Of a stretch of 56,678 bases of DNA, positions 36,829 to 44,823 are shown piece after piece. Each line of letters begins with the position of its first letter. Position 1 is the stretch's first letter. The position numbers and the translations under genes were made by a program. Under the pieces are notes generated by a model that worked only from the letters and a program-made list of their open reading frames with translations, searched no databases and had not been told where the DNA came from. This DNA is from Pseudomonadota bacterium (GTDB taxonomy: Bacteria; Pseudomonadota; Alphaproteobacteria; SHVP01), in the NCBI GenBank assembly GCA_022566715.1, contig JADFIH010000003.1:1-56678 (forward strand), read 5' to 3'.

Positions 36829-36868
36829 GCCGCCAAACCGGCATCCTCATGGGGCATGCATCCTCATG

Positions 36869-36995
36869 GGAACGAAGTGCCCGGCAATTCTTGCCAGGCC
36901 GGCAAAATTTGCCATTTATTGTCTAAGATATAATTCCCAGGATACCCTGACGCCCACGGAGTCCGGGGCCACGCAGGTCCGGCATCCGGATTGCT
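36869..36995 (+). promoter_or_regulatory. ftr-like cluster + sigma54 box upstream of flaF2
   Basis: 13-mers at 36869, 36883 (GGCAATTCTTGCC), 36901 (GGCAAAATTTGCC); AT-rich spacer; CGGCATCCGGATTGCT (GG-N10-GC) at 36980-36995. Confidence 0.65.
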
Positions 36996-37149
36996 TAGGG
37001 GGTTGCCATGACCAGTGGGCGCAGCCGGCACCGGCACTTAACCGTACCGAAAGCACTAATCGCGTACCGTTGGCTGGTTCGAAGGACGGCGGAATTGGGG
37101 TCGAAGGGCTGGGTGGCGCAAGCCTTCACCGGCCCGGCTGAAAGGTTTC

Positions 37150-37506
37150 ATGTCGGTTCATAAGTACAAGACCGCGCAAGCGACGACCGAGAATCCGCGT
37201 CAGACCGAATACCGTCTCTTCGCGGAGGTGACGAAGTCGCTGATATCCAACAAGGATAAGGAGCGCGTCGATCCGGAGTGCATCAAGGCGATCGACTGGA
37301 ACCGGCGGCTTTGGATCACCCTTCAGTCGGACCTGGCGGGAGAGGACAATGGTTATCCCGACGAGCTCAGGGCACAACTCATCTCCCTCGCCATCTGGGT
37401 CGACAAGCATTCCCGCAAAGCCATGCGTGGCGAAGCCCGATTGGCGCCGCTGATTTCGGTCAACCGCTCCATCATGGAAGGCTTGGTTAACGCCGGCAGG
37501 GCCTAG
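37150..37506 (+). CDS. flaF: Flagellar biosynthesis regulator FlaF, copy 2
   Basis: ENPRQTEYRLFAEVT, DWNRRLW, PDELRAQLISLAIWVDKHS, PLISVNRSIMEGL. Confidence 0.93.
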   Translation: MSVHKYKTAQATTENPRQTEYRLFAEVTKSLISNKDKERVDPECIKAIDWNRRLWITLQSDLAGEDNGYPDELRAQLISLAIWVDKHSRKAMRGEARLAPLISVNRSIMEGLVNAGRA

Positions 37507-37620
37507 CATTTACGCCGCACGCGCCACGGCCGCGCGCCGGCATCACTTCACCACCATCATCGCAGCGTTCTTGATCGCGGACCATCACGCCGCCGCCACG
37601 CTCCCACCGGTGCGGCGCCC

Positions 37621-37823
37621 GGCAATTCCTTCCGGCAAGATTTGCCGAGTGGGCAATTTATGCCGCCCGCATCCTCCGGGTCGTCCCTAAAACCGGCAAG
37701 ATCTGCCCCCTCGCGTGCTCTCGTCTTGGCTTTTCCGTTCGCGAAAATACATCTAAAAATCAACTGACTAGCCGCGTCCTAGGAAAATTCTTCCAGGTTG
37801 GGCGCTGTGGCATAGGCATTGCT
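37621..37823 (+). promoter_or_regulatory. Flagellin 2 promoter: five ftr-like sites + IHF-like site + sigma54 box
   Basis: 13-mers at 37621, 37634, 37652, 37695, 37782; AATCAACTGACTA (37758-37770, one mismatch to IHF); TGGCATAGGCATTGCT at 37808-37823. Confidence 0.85.
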
Positions 37824-37912
37824 TTCCTGGTTGCCGGGCCTTGGCCCCTTTCCGGCAAAACGCCGGCGCCAGCATAACGCTGGATTGAGTAACTTAGAAC
37901 GAGGAGTGAGTA

Positions 37913-38728
37913 ATGGGACTATCAGTTAATACAAATGTCGGCGCAATGGTCGCGCTGCGGAACCTCAACAAAACCCAAATGGCGCTGGAGCAGACCCAGC
38001 TTCGCATTACCACCGGCCTCAAGATCAACGGCCCGAAGGACGACGCGTCGACCTACGCCATCGCCCAGCGGATGCGCGGTGACATCGCCGGCATGAACGC
38101 CGTGAAGGTCGCTCTCGCTACGGGCGATTCGACGGTCAACACCGCGATCTCGGGCGGCAAGGCCATCGCCGACCTTCTGACGGAGATGAAAGCGAAGGTC
38201 GTGCAGGCCAACCAGGCCGGACTGGACAGCCAGTCGCGGACGGCTCTGCACAACGACTTCACGGCCCTGCGGGATCAGCTTACCACCATCGTTCAGACGG
38301 CCGAGTTCAACGCCACGAACTTGATCAAGATAAGCGCAACGACGCTTACGGTCTTGAGCACGGTCGACGGCAGCACGATTACCGTGTCCGCCCAGAAGAT
38401 GGATACCACGACGCTGGCCATCAACACGTCGATCCTGACGAGCAGTTCGGGCGCCTCCAGCGCGCTGACCGCGATCGACTCGGCCATCACGAAGGTGACC
38501 GACAAGCTTGCGGCCCTGGGTTCCGCGGCGAAGCAGATCGAGGTGCAGACCTCGTTCACCAGCACCCTGGTCGACATCTTGAAGCAAGGCGTGGGCAACC
38601 TGGTCGATGCCGATTTGGCGGAAGAGAGCGCCAATTTGCAGGCCTTGCAGATCAAGCAGCAGCTCGGCGTGAACTCGCTGGCCATCGCCAACGCCGGTCC
38701 GCAGTCTATCCTGGGTCTCTTCGGGTAA
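37913..38728 (+). CDS. fliC: Flagellin 2 (271 aa, minimal D0/D1 type)
   Basis: Same terminal flagellin motifs as 35204..36019; GAGGAG RBS. Confidence 0.96.
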   Translation: MGLSVNTNVGAMVALRNLNKTQMALEQTQLRITTGLKINGPKDDASTYAIAQRMRGDIAGMNAVKVALATGDSTVNTAISGGKAIADLLTEMKAKVVQANQAGLDSQSRTALHNDFTALRDQLTTIVQTAEFNATNLIKISATTLTVLSTVDGSTITVSAQKMDTTTLAINTSILTSSSGASSALTAIDSAITKVTDKLAALGSAAKQIEVQTSFTSTLVDILKQGVGNLVDADLAEESANLQALQIKQQLGVNSLAIANAGPQSILGLFG

Positions 38729-38752
38729 GAGCAGCAGGGTTTCGGATAACTT

Positions 38753-38783
38753 GGGGCCGGGATTTTCCCGGCCCCTTCTTTTT
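38753..38783 (+). terminator. Rho-independent terminator after flagellin 2
   Basis: GGGGCCGGGA-TTT-TCCCGGCCCC-TTCTTTTT. Confidence 0.85.
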
Positions 38784-38801
38784 GCCACACCGCCGGCGCC
38801 G

Positions 38802-38923
38802 CAGAGCACTATCCGAAGTTGTTGAGCGGCTCACTTCAGTCACTTCGGATAAAATTGCTCTACCTTTCAAGATGCTAGAGCAGCGTTATCCGCTCGATGC
38901 CGCCTGAACCGACGCTGCTCCAG
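38802..38923 (+). repeat. Dispersed double-hairpin repeat, copy A
   Basis: AGAGCACTATCCGAAGT...ACTTCGGATAAAATTGCTCT hairpin, then TTCAAGATGCTAGAGCAGC.TTATCCG...CCGCCTGAAC; alignable to 49487 and 55592 copies. Confidence 0.7.
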
Positions 38924-39232
38924 GGCCCGCTACCGCGTGACGTCGTTACATCGAATGCAACGCGAAATTTAGAAAAATGCCGTGGTTGTCGCACGTGGAA
39001 CACCGTGCAAGCGCCCGTTAATACGGCGGTAACCGTGCAAGTCCAAGATGCTCGGGTGGCACAACTGTTGCGTCGAATCCAGAGCCGACAAAAGTCGACG
39101 TGAGACGAGGTAGCTGAGTCGACTTAGTAGAAGGAGACACGGCAAAATGAATAGGAACCTATCGGCGGCCCGCGGGACGCCAGCCAAATCGCGTCAGGGA
39201 GCTGCGGCGGACGGGCCCGCGCAGGACGCATC

Positions 39233-39667
39233 ATGGCTTTGAAGCTCACTCTCAAACCGGGCGAGAAATTCGTCGTGAACGGCGCCGTGATCGTCAACGG
39301 GGACCGCCGTGGCCACTTGCTCATCCAGAACAACGTCAGCGTTTTGCGCGAAAAGGACGTGATGCAGCAGGTGGATGCAAATACACCCGTCAAGCGCATC
39401 TACTTCGCGATCCAGGTCCTCTACCTCGATGAGAGCTCCCGGCCGCAGTACTACGCTGACTTTGCCGACCGGTTGCAGGAGTTCATGGGGGTGATCAGAG
39501 ATCCCGGCATTCTCGACAAATGCGCGTCAATTCTCGAAGACGTAAACGGGGGACGCTATTACCGCGCCCTATTGACCGCCAAGAAAATGTTTCCCTTCGA
39601 GCGCGAGAGGCTGAACTACGGCATGGCCCATGAGGAGGAAGGCGCGGATTTAGGAATGAGTTCTTGA
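39233..39667 (+). CDS. flbT: Flagellin post-transcriptional regulator FlbT, copy 2
   Basis: MALKLTLKPGEKFVVNGAVIVNGDRR...LREKDVM...ANTPVKRIYF...YYRAL. Confidence 0.93.
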   Translation: MALKLTLKPGEKFVVNGAVIVNGDRRGHLLIQNNVSVLREKDVMQQVDANTPVKRIYFAIQVLYLDESSRPQYYADFADRLQEFMGVIRDPGILDKCASILEDVNGGRYYRALLTAKKMFPFERERLNYGMAHEEEGADLGMSS

Positions 39668-39843
39668 AGGGGTACCCAAATGGTATAGCCCGTTTAGCCC
39701 TTTGGAGTCTTGGGTTTAGACGATTAGGTTAGAGTTGTAAGCAAACGGTTAGCGCCCAATATGAGTAGTCAGGTGAGAACAAGAGCAGAAAGGGCCGCTT
39801 GAAAGGCCCGTAGGGAAACCGGGATAGCGAAACGAGCGATACG

Positions 39844-40257
39844 ATGATCGCACCTCAAATATCCTTCGCTAGTGTGACGCCGATGGTCAGCGCCGTTCCC
39901 CTGCCCGCGCCCCAGAAGGAGGTCGCACCGGCGGCTAACGCGGCGCGGTCGAATCCGGACTCCTACCTCGGCGCCAACGTCCAGCCCAATGAAAAACCGG
40001 ACGTCCCCGCGGAAGAGGTAAAAGCCGAGCGGGCCAAGGCCGAAGAGGCGAAGCAGGCGAGGGTCGAGCGCCAACTCGCCGATCTGGGCGGCACGCGCCT
40101 GTCCATTCTGCATGACGACGACGCCGACCGCTTCGTCTATCGGAGCGTGAACGCGGAATCGAAAGAGGTCGAGCGCCAGTACCCGACCGATGACGACCTG
40201 GAGCGGATCACCCAATTCCGCGAGCAGGCCGCCCGGGCCTTCGACGAGGACGTCTAA
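39844..40257 (+). CDS. flaG: FlaG-family flagellar protein
   Basis: C-terminal TRLSILHDDDADRFVYRSVNAESKEVERQYP.DD pattern; located after flagellins. Confidence 0.75.
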   Translation: MIAPQISFASVTPMVSAVPLPAPQKEVAPAANAARSNPDSYLGANVQPNEKPDVPAEEVKAERAKAEEAKQARVERQLADLGGTRLSILHDDDADRFVYRSVNAESKEVERQYPTDDDLERITQFREQAARAFDEDV

Positions 40258-40354
40258 CGCGGTCCCACTGCCCAGGCATTGGCCGGGCGATCAAATAATA
40301 GCGCCGTTTGGAAGCGCGGAGCAGATCAGCCCCGCCGCCGGTTCGTGGCGCCGG

Positions 40355-40747
40355 TTAGAGGTCCATAAGGCGCTGGCCATGCGGGTTGTCGATAACCATC
40401 CGCCAGCGGCCGTCGGTCTGCTTGCGCAGCACGGCAACGGACAAGCCGTCTTGCTTGATCTCCGCGCCATCGGTTGATGTGCCTTTCATCGTCCAGGGCG
40501 CGAAGTGGACCGCGAGATCCCCGGCGATGACGACCTCGTGTCCGCTGTAGTCGAAACGCGGGTTCATCGTGAACATGCCTAGAAACAATTCCCTCAGAAC
40601 GGCCGGGCCGGATACCGGGTTTCCGGGTTCGAATACAATTGTCGCTGTGTCCTCATAGCTCGCCATAACTCCTTCGATATCGCCTTTGTGGAAGGCCTCC
40701 GTCATGCGTTCGATAACCGCGAGGACATTTTTTTGATCTTCGGTCAT
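40355..40747 (-). CDS. SnoaL/NTF2-like (YybH/DUF4440) protein
   Basis: AFHKGDIEGVMASY...LSVAVLRKQTDGRWRMVIDNP; AAGGA RBS. Confidence 0.85.
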   Translation of the reverse strand: MTEDQKNVLAVIERMTEAFHKGDIEGVMASYEDTATIVFEPGNPVSGPAVLRELFLGMFTMNPRFDYSGHEVVIAGDLAVHFAPWTMKGTSTDGAEIKQDGLSVAVLRKQTDGRWRMVIDNPHGQRLMDL

Positions 40748-40945
40748 TGGTTTTCCTTCTTTGGGATGAGCGATTGCCGGGGTGAAACGTCTGCGGCAAT
40801 CAGGAATGAAACGGGTGGATCTTTTGAAATCTTTGCCTCTGTCACTGGGTTGACTTCAGAATTGGGTTGACCGGGGGCAAACCCCGCCCGGTCCCGCCAG
40901 GCAGGTTTGGCGGGTTGGACGGCACGCTGAACGGGTGTTGTCTCG

Positions 40946-41764
40946 CTAGGCTCCCCCGACAATCCGGGAAATTCGAACGCTCAGATCCTCGGGGCTTTTG
41001 AATTGCGGGGTAGCGGTTTGCAGCTTCAGTGTCTTCAACGCTCCTTCGACTTTTCTTACTTTCGACAATACGTCGCCATAGGCCGGCGCACCCACGAGGG
41101 CGTAGGCGATATTACCTGGCCGTACCCGGCCCAGGGCCGTTGCCGCGGGCAATCTGCGAGGACAAGTGCATTTGGCGGCCGCGTTGGCCAACCCGCAATT
41201 CCGCGACGTAAAGGCCACGACCTCCGCGCGCCCGCGCGACAGGCGCTTTCGATAATTTGCTTTCGAGATACCCAGGATGCCGGCGGCGTCTCCATGGTCA
41301 AGTTCAAGGATATCGCCCAGTACATAGGCAAGCCGGTGTTTCAGATCGAGGCACAGGAGCATGGCCATGGTGCAGGAGATGCGCAGCTCGTTCAGCATGA
41401 CCACGTCTTCGGCTGAAGTGGCGGGCGCGGCCACGAGGCCGTTTTCCAGGTCGGCGCGGAACATCTCGAAACTCGGGCCCTGATCGCGGTCGAGCATCTT
41501 CCTTGCGCTGAGTAAATAGTTCGCCGCGACGCGGTAAACCCAGGTGTGAAACGCGCTGTCACCTTGAAACGTGGACAGTTTCGTAATCACGAGAATCAGG
41601 ATTTCTTGCGTCGCCTCGAGGGCATCTTCCGGATTCACCAGCATGCGCATCGCCAGATGATGCACGCGATCTTGTATCCCGCGCACAACCCCTTCCAGAG
41701 CGTCTTGGTCGCCCCGTTGGGCGGCACTGACCAGATCGTCCAGATTCACAGTCACGATGCACAA
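40946..41764 (-). CDS. ECF sigma factor with Cys-containing C-terminal extension
   Basis: Region 2 (DALEATQEIL, FHTWVYRVAANY), region 4 (RLAYVL.DI.EL...A.ILGIS.ANYRKRLSRGR), tail NCGLANAAAKCTC. Start uncertain (TTG 41764 or GTG 41755/41749). Confidence 0.88.
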   Translation of the reverse strand: MCIVTVNLDDLVSAAQRGDQDALEGVVRGIQDRVHHLAMRMLVNPEDALEATQEILILVITKLSTFQGDSAFHTWVYRVAANYLLSARKMLDRDQGPSFEMFRADLENGLVAAPATSAEDVVMLNELRISCTMAMLLCLDLKHRLAYVLGDILELDHGDAAGILGISKANYRKRLSRGRAEVVAFTSRNCGLANAAAKCTCPRRLPAATALGRVRPGNIAYALVGAPAYGDVLSKVRKVEGALKTLKLQTATPQFKSPEDLSVRISRIVGGA

Positions 41765-41798
41765 TGCTCGGTGGTTTCAATGGATACTTGTCTGATTA

Positions 41799-41825
41799 GA
41801 CGGTTCCACCGCGCGATGTGTGACA
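41799..41825 (-). promoter_or_regulatory. ECF41-type promoter TGTCACA-N16-CGTC upstream of the ECF sigma gene
   Basis: Minus strand TGTCACA-CATCGCGCGGTGGAAC-CGTC, 35 nt upstream of the annotated start. Confidence 0.7.
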
Positions 41826-41947
41826 AAGTTCTTGACGAAAGAGGAAATCGGGCCCGCCCAAAACGGCCCCGAACCAATTAAGCCAAAACCAATCCAGCCT
41901 GATTTTCGCCGTCTGATCCGCGCCGTCGGGGGCCCGGGCGTGAACCG

Positions 41948-42397
41948 TCAGATGATTTGATTCAGGGCGAGAGAGACGGGGCGGCCGCCGGGCGGGGTGG
42001 TGAGGGCCGTGGCCTGGGCCGTCTTGGTGTAACCGACGACCGTTAAGTCGTGTCCCGCGACTTCGTCGGCGACAGCCTTGATGAAGCGTTCGGTGACGGT
42101 CTTGGCCACGAACAGGGCCCGGTTGTGCTCGTCCAGAATCTTGCGGAAGGGACCGATGATCGATTTGAGCGTGTCCACCTCTCCGTCCTGCGCGGCGGCG
42201 AGGATGGCGGGGTTCTCCCGCAGCTCGCTAATCTCTTCGTCATAGGCCTTGGTGAGTTGGTTCTTCTGAAGCCGCGTATCCGCCAGTTCGCCGGGCCGCC
42301 GGTCGCGCAGCACCGTGGTCTCCGCGGTGATGATCTCGCCGAGGTGGTGGACCAAGTCCCGGATACGGGAAATCCGCTCAGTCAGGGCCGTTGTCAT
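41948..42397 (-). CDS. FlgN/FlbY-like flagellar export chaperone
   Basis: Helical protein ending ...VVGYTKTA...PVSLALNQII; third gene of the flgI-flgJ operon as in Caulobacter flgI-flgJ-flbY; AGGAG RBS. Confidence 0.7.
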   Translation of the reverse strand: MTTALTERISRIRDLVHHLGEIITAETTVLRDRRPGELADTRLQKNQLTKAYDEEISELRENPAILAAAQDGEVDTLKSIIGPFRKILDEHNRALFVAKTVTERFIKAVADEVAGHDLTVVGYTKTAQATALTTPPGGRPVSLALNQII

Positions 42398-42755
42398 TCC
42401 GCATCTCCTGGAGTTGGAGTAGTTGACGGTAGACGGCGTCGCTGATACCGAAGCCGCTACTTGCGCTAATCGATTTGGCGATCTCTTCATTCATCAGCGA
42501 GCGGAACATCTTCTCGCCCTGTCCACCACCGAAGGGGCCGTCGGTGGCCAGACCCGAGTTCATGATGTCCAGCATCTGGAAGATGAAGATGCTTTCAAAA
42601 TCCTGCGCCACTTGCCGCAGCTTGTCGGACCCCGCGTCGCCGGGCGCGCCGGCCTGTGCCGGGGCGGCGCCCAGGCGCGGGCCAAGGCCGGGGCCACGGG
42701 TGGGGTTGGGGCCGAGGGCCGGGGTCGGAGCCGCTGGGTCGAGCGCGTTCATCAC
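42378..42755 (-). CDS. flgJ: Single-domain FlgJ rod-binding protein (no muramidase domain)
   Basis: AQDFESIFIFQML, FGGGQGEKMFRSLM, GFGISDAVYRQLL. Confidence 0.88.
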   Translation of the reverse strand: MMNALDPAAPTPALGPNPTRGPGLGPRLGAAPAQAGAPGDAGSDKLRQVAQDFESIFIFQMLDIMNSGLATDGPFGGGQGEKMFRSLMNEEIAKSISASSGFGISDAVYRQLLQLQEMRNDNGPD

Positions 42756-43942
42756 ATCACCACGATTTCGGCTTGCAGCGCGCCGGCCGCCTTGATCGTC
42801 TGGAGGATGGAAATCATGTCCCTTGGGCCGATGCCGAGGGCGTTGAGGCCGTCGACCAAGTCCTGGAGGCTGACGCCGCTCTTGACCAGGACCAGCCCCT
42901 GGCCGCTTTGCTCGTCGACCTCGATGTCGGTGCGCGGCACCGTCACGGTGGTACCCTGCTGGGCGAATGGGGACGGTTGAGACACCTGCGGGGTCTCGGT
43001 GACGCGGATCGTCAGGTTGCCCTGGGCGATGGCCACGGTGTCGACCCTGACCTTGTCACCGATGACAATGACGCCGGTGGTTTCGTCGATGACCACGCGG
43101 GCCAGTTGATCGGGCTCGACGGAGAGTTGTTCCACATCGGTGAGCAGGCCGACCATATTGTTGGCGTAAGCGGGGGGCGTCGTCAGCAACACGGTGCCGG
43201 GGTCCAGGACCACGGCCGCGGGGACCTTGAGAAGGGTATTGATGGCCTTTGCGATCCGTCCGGCGGTGGTCAGGTCTGGATTGCGCAGGGAAATGTTCAG
43301 TTCGCTGGCATTGGAGAGATCGAATTCGATCTCACGCTCGATGATGCCGCCGGACGGGATGCGGCCCGACGTGGGAACGCCCTTGACGATGCTGGCTCCG
43401 TCACCGCCGGCGGCGAATCCGCCCACCACGGTGGAGCCTTGGGCCACGGCATAGACCTGGCCGTCCGCACCGATCAGCGGCGTGACCAGAAGGGTTCCGC
43501 CGAGCAGGCTTTTGGAATCGCCGAGTGTGCTGACGGTGACGTCGATGCGGCTGCCCTGGCGCGAGAAGGGAGGCAGGGTGGCCGAAACGATGACGGCGGC
43601 CACGTTCTTCGAGTTGAGCTTTGAATTACGGATGTTCACACCCAGACGCTCGAGCATGCTTTCCAGGCTTTGCCGCGTGAACGGCGAGTTGGAGAGCGAA
43701 TCTCCGGTGCCGTTGAGCCCAACCACCAGGCCGTAACCGACGAGCAGATTGTCGCGGACGCCTTCGAAGGTCACGATGTCCTTGATCCGGGACGCCGCCT
43801 GGGCGGGTTCGGCACCTACGGTGGTGGCGAGGAGGACCAGGGTGACGCCGACGCCGCGGCGCAGGCGCCGGAACAAGCGCGCGCGCGCCTTCGGGGCGGT
43901 TGCCTCAAGAATGGGGAGCGCGGAGTTTCGGAAGGCCATCAT
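42752..43942 (-). CDS. flgI: Flagellar P-ring protein
   Basis: SRIKDI..EGVRDN.LVGYGLVVGLNGTGD, SLLGGTLLVTPL, ILQTIKAAGALQAEI; signal peptide; start 43942 or 43939. Confidence 0.96.
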   Translation of the reverse strand: MMAFRNSALPILEATAPKARARLFRRLRRGVGVTLVLLATTVGAEPAQAASRIKDIVTFEGVRDNLLVGYGLVVGLNGTGDSLSNSPFTRQSLESMLERLGVNIRNSKLNSKNVAAVIVSATLPPFSRQGSRIDVTVSTLGDSKSLLGGTLLVTPLIGADGQVYAVAQGSTVVGGFAAGGDGASIVKGVPTSGRIPSGGIIEREIEFDLSNASELNISLRNPDLTTAGRIAKAINTLLKVPAAVVLDPGTVLLTTPPAYANNMVGLLTDVEQLSVEPDQLARVVIDETTGVIVIGDKVRVDTVAIAQGNLTIRVTETPQVSQPSPFAQQGTTVTVPRTDIEVDEQSGQGLVLVKSGVSLQDLVDGLNALGIGPRDMISILQTIKAAGALQAEIVVM

Positions 43943-43991
43943 ATTGCTCCAGGCGCGCGGTTTTTCCGCGCAGTAGGTCTGCAAGGGGCAT

Positions 43992-44124
43992 AGCGAACAT
44001 CGTGCCAACGAGGGCCATTCCTAACTACTTGAAATAAAAAGAAAAATATGGTTCTGGGCAATCCGGACCCGAGCCCGGGCCGGCGCCCGGGGCAAGCAGT
44101 GCAGGGTTTTCGGAAAGATCTGCC
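43992..44124 (-). promoter_or_regulatory. flgI promoter: sigma54 box + IHF-like site + ftr-like sites
   Basis: TGGCACGATGTTCGCT (43992-44007, minus); TTTCAAGTAGTTA (44022-44034, minus); 13-mers at 44091 and 44112. Confidence 0.8.
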
Positions 44125-44196
44125 GGTTTCGGCGGTGGGCCGCCTCGTGCCGTGGGCCGGGCCACGGCGGAGCTCGCGGACCTCAGGTCCCCATAT

Positions 44197-44212
44197 TTAA
44201 GTCATTGTTAAC
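44197..44212 (+). promoter_or_regulatory. Consensus CtrA box upstream of fliX
   Basis: TTAA-GTCATTG-TTAAC exact match to TTAA-N7-TTAAC. Confidence 0.85.
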
Positions 44213-44260
44213 GGGAATCGCCCCATCCTAGGGCACCTAGGGGAGTTGCCCGGAAAGATT

Positions 44261-44686
44261 ATGAAGGTTACCGGTCCCGGAACGGTCCAGTCCAACGCCA
44301 TTCGCCGCGTTCGCCGCGGAGGCGAAAACGGCGGGCCCGCGTTCGCCGATCACGTGTCGGGAGAGTCCCAAGATGGGGCGGTCGCGGCTGTCGGGGCCAC
44401 CGCGCCGCCGGCCCCCGTCGACGCCCTTATTGCACTCCAGGAGGTCCCGGACGCCACGAGCGGCCGCCGCCGCGCCTTCATGCGGGGTTCGAACATGCTC
44501 GACCTGCTCGACGAGGTTCGTGTGGGCCTACTCTCCGGCGTCGTTCCACGGGGGCGCCTGCAATCCCTGCTGGACGCCCTCAAGGGCCGGCGTGAGAGTG
44601 TCGAGGATCCACGTCTCGCTCAGTTGATTGACGAAATAGAACTTCGTGCGTCAGTAGAACTTGCCAAGCTCAGTGCCCTGCCGTAG
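44261..44686 (+). CDS. fliX: Flagellar regulator FliX (FlbD partner)
   Basis: VDALIALQEV, RG..MLDLLDEVRVGLLSG, DPRL..LIDEIELRASVELAK; divergent from flgI. Confidence 0.93.
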   Translation: MKVTGPGTVQSNAIRRVRRGGENGGPAFADHVSGESQDGAVAAVGATAPPAPVDALIALQEVPDATSGRRRAFMRGSNMLDLLDEVRVGLLSGVVPRGRLQSLLDALKGRRESVEDPRLAQLIDEIELRASVELAKLSALP

Positions 44687-44823
44687 TTGGGATATTCCCT
44701 TGTAACTCTTTTACTTTCAAAGGGTTGTGAGGTTTTTCTCCCTTTGGCTTGCCGCCGAGGGGCCGCCTCCATATACTGCGGCGCCCCAGCGGACAGGCGG
44801 CGGGAGCTGATTTGAGGACAGGT

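Noticed and set aside
38897-39187. Small ORFs between flagellin 2 and flbT2
   Set aside because: No RBS or motif, partly derived from the repeat element; a promoter or sRNA here could not be supported.
39668-39843. Sigma54 or CtrA site upstream of flaG
   Set aside because: TGGTATAGCCCGTTTAGC has wrong GG-GC spacing and TTAG/GTAA half-sites are not at 11-bp period.
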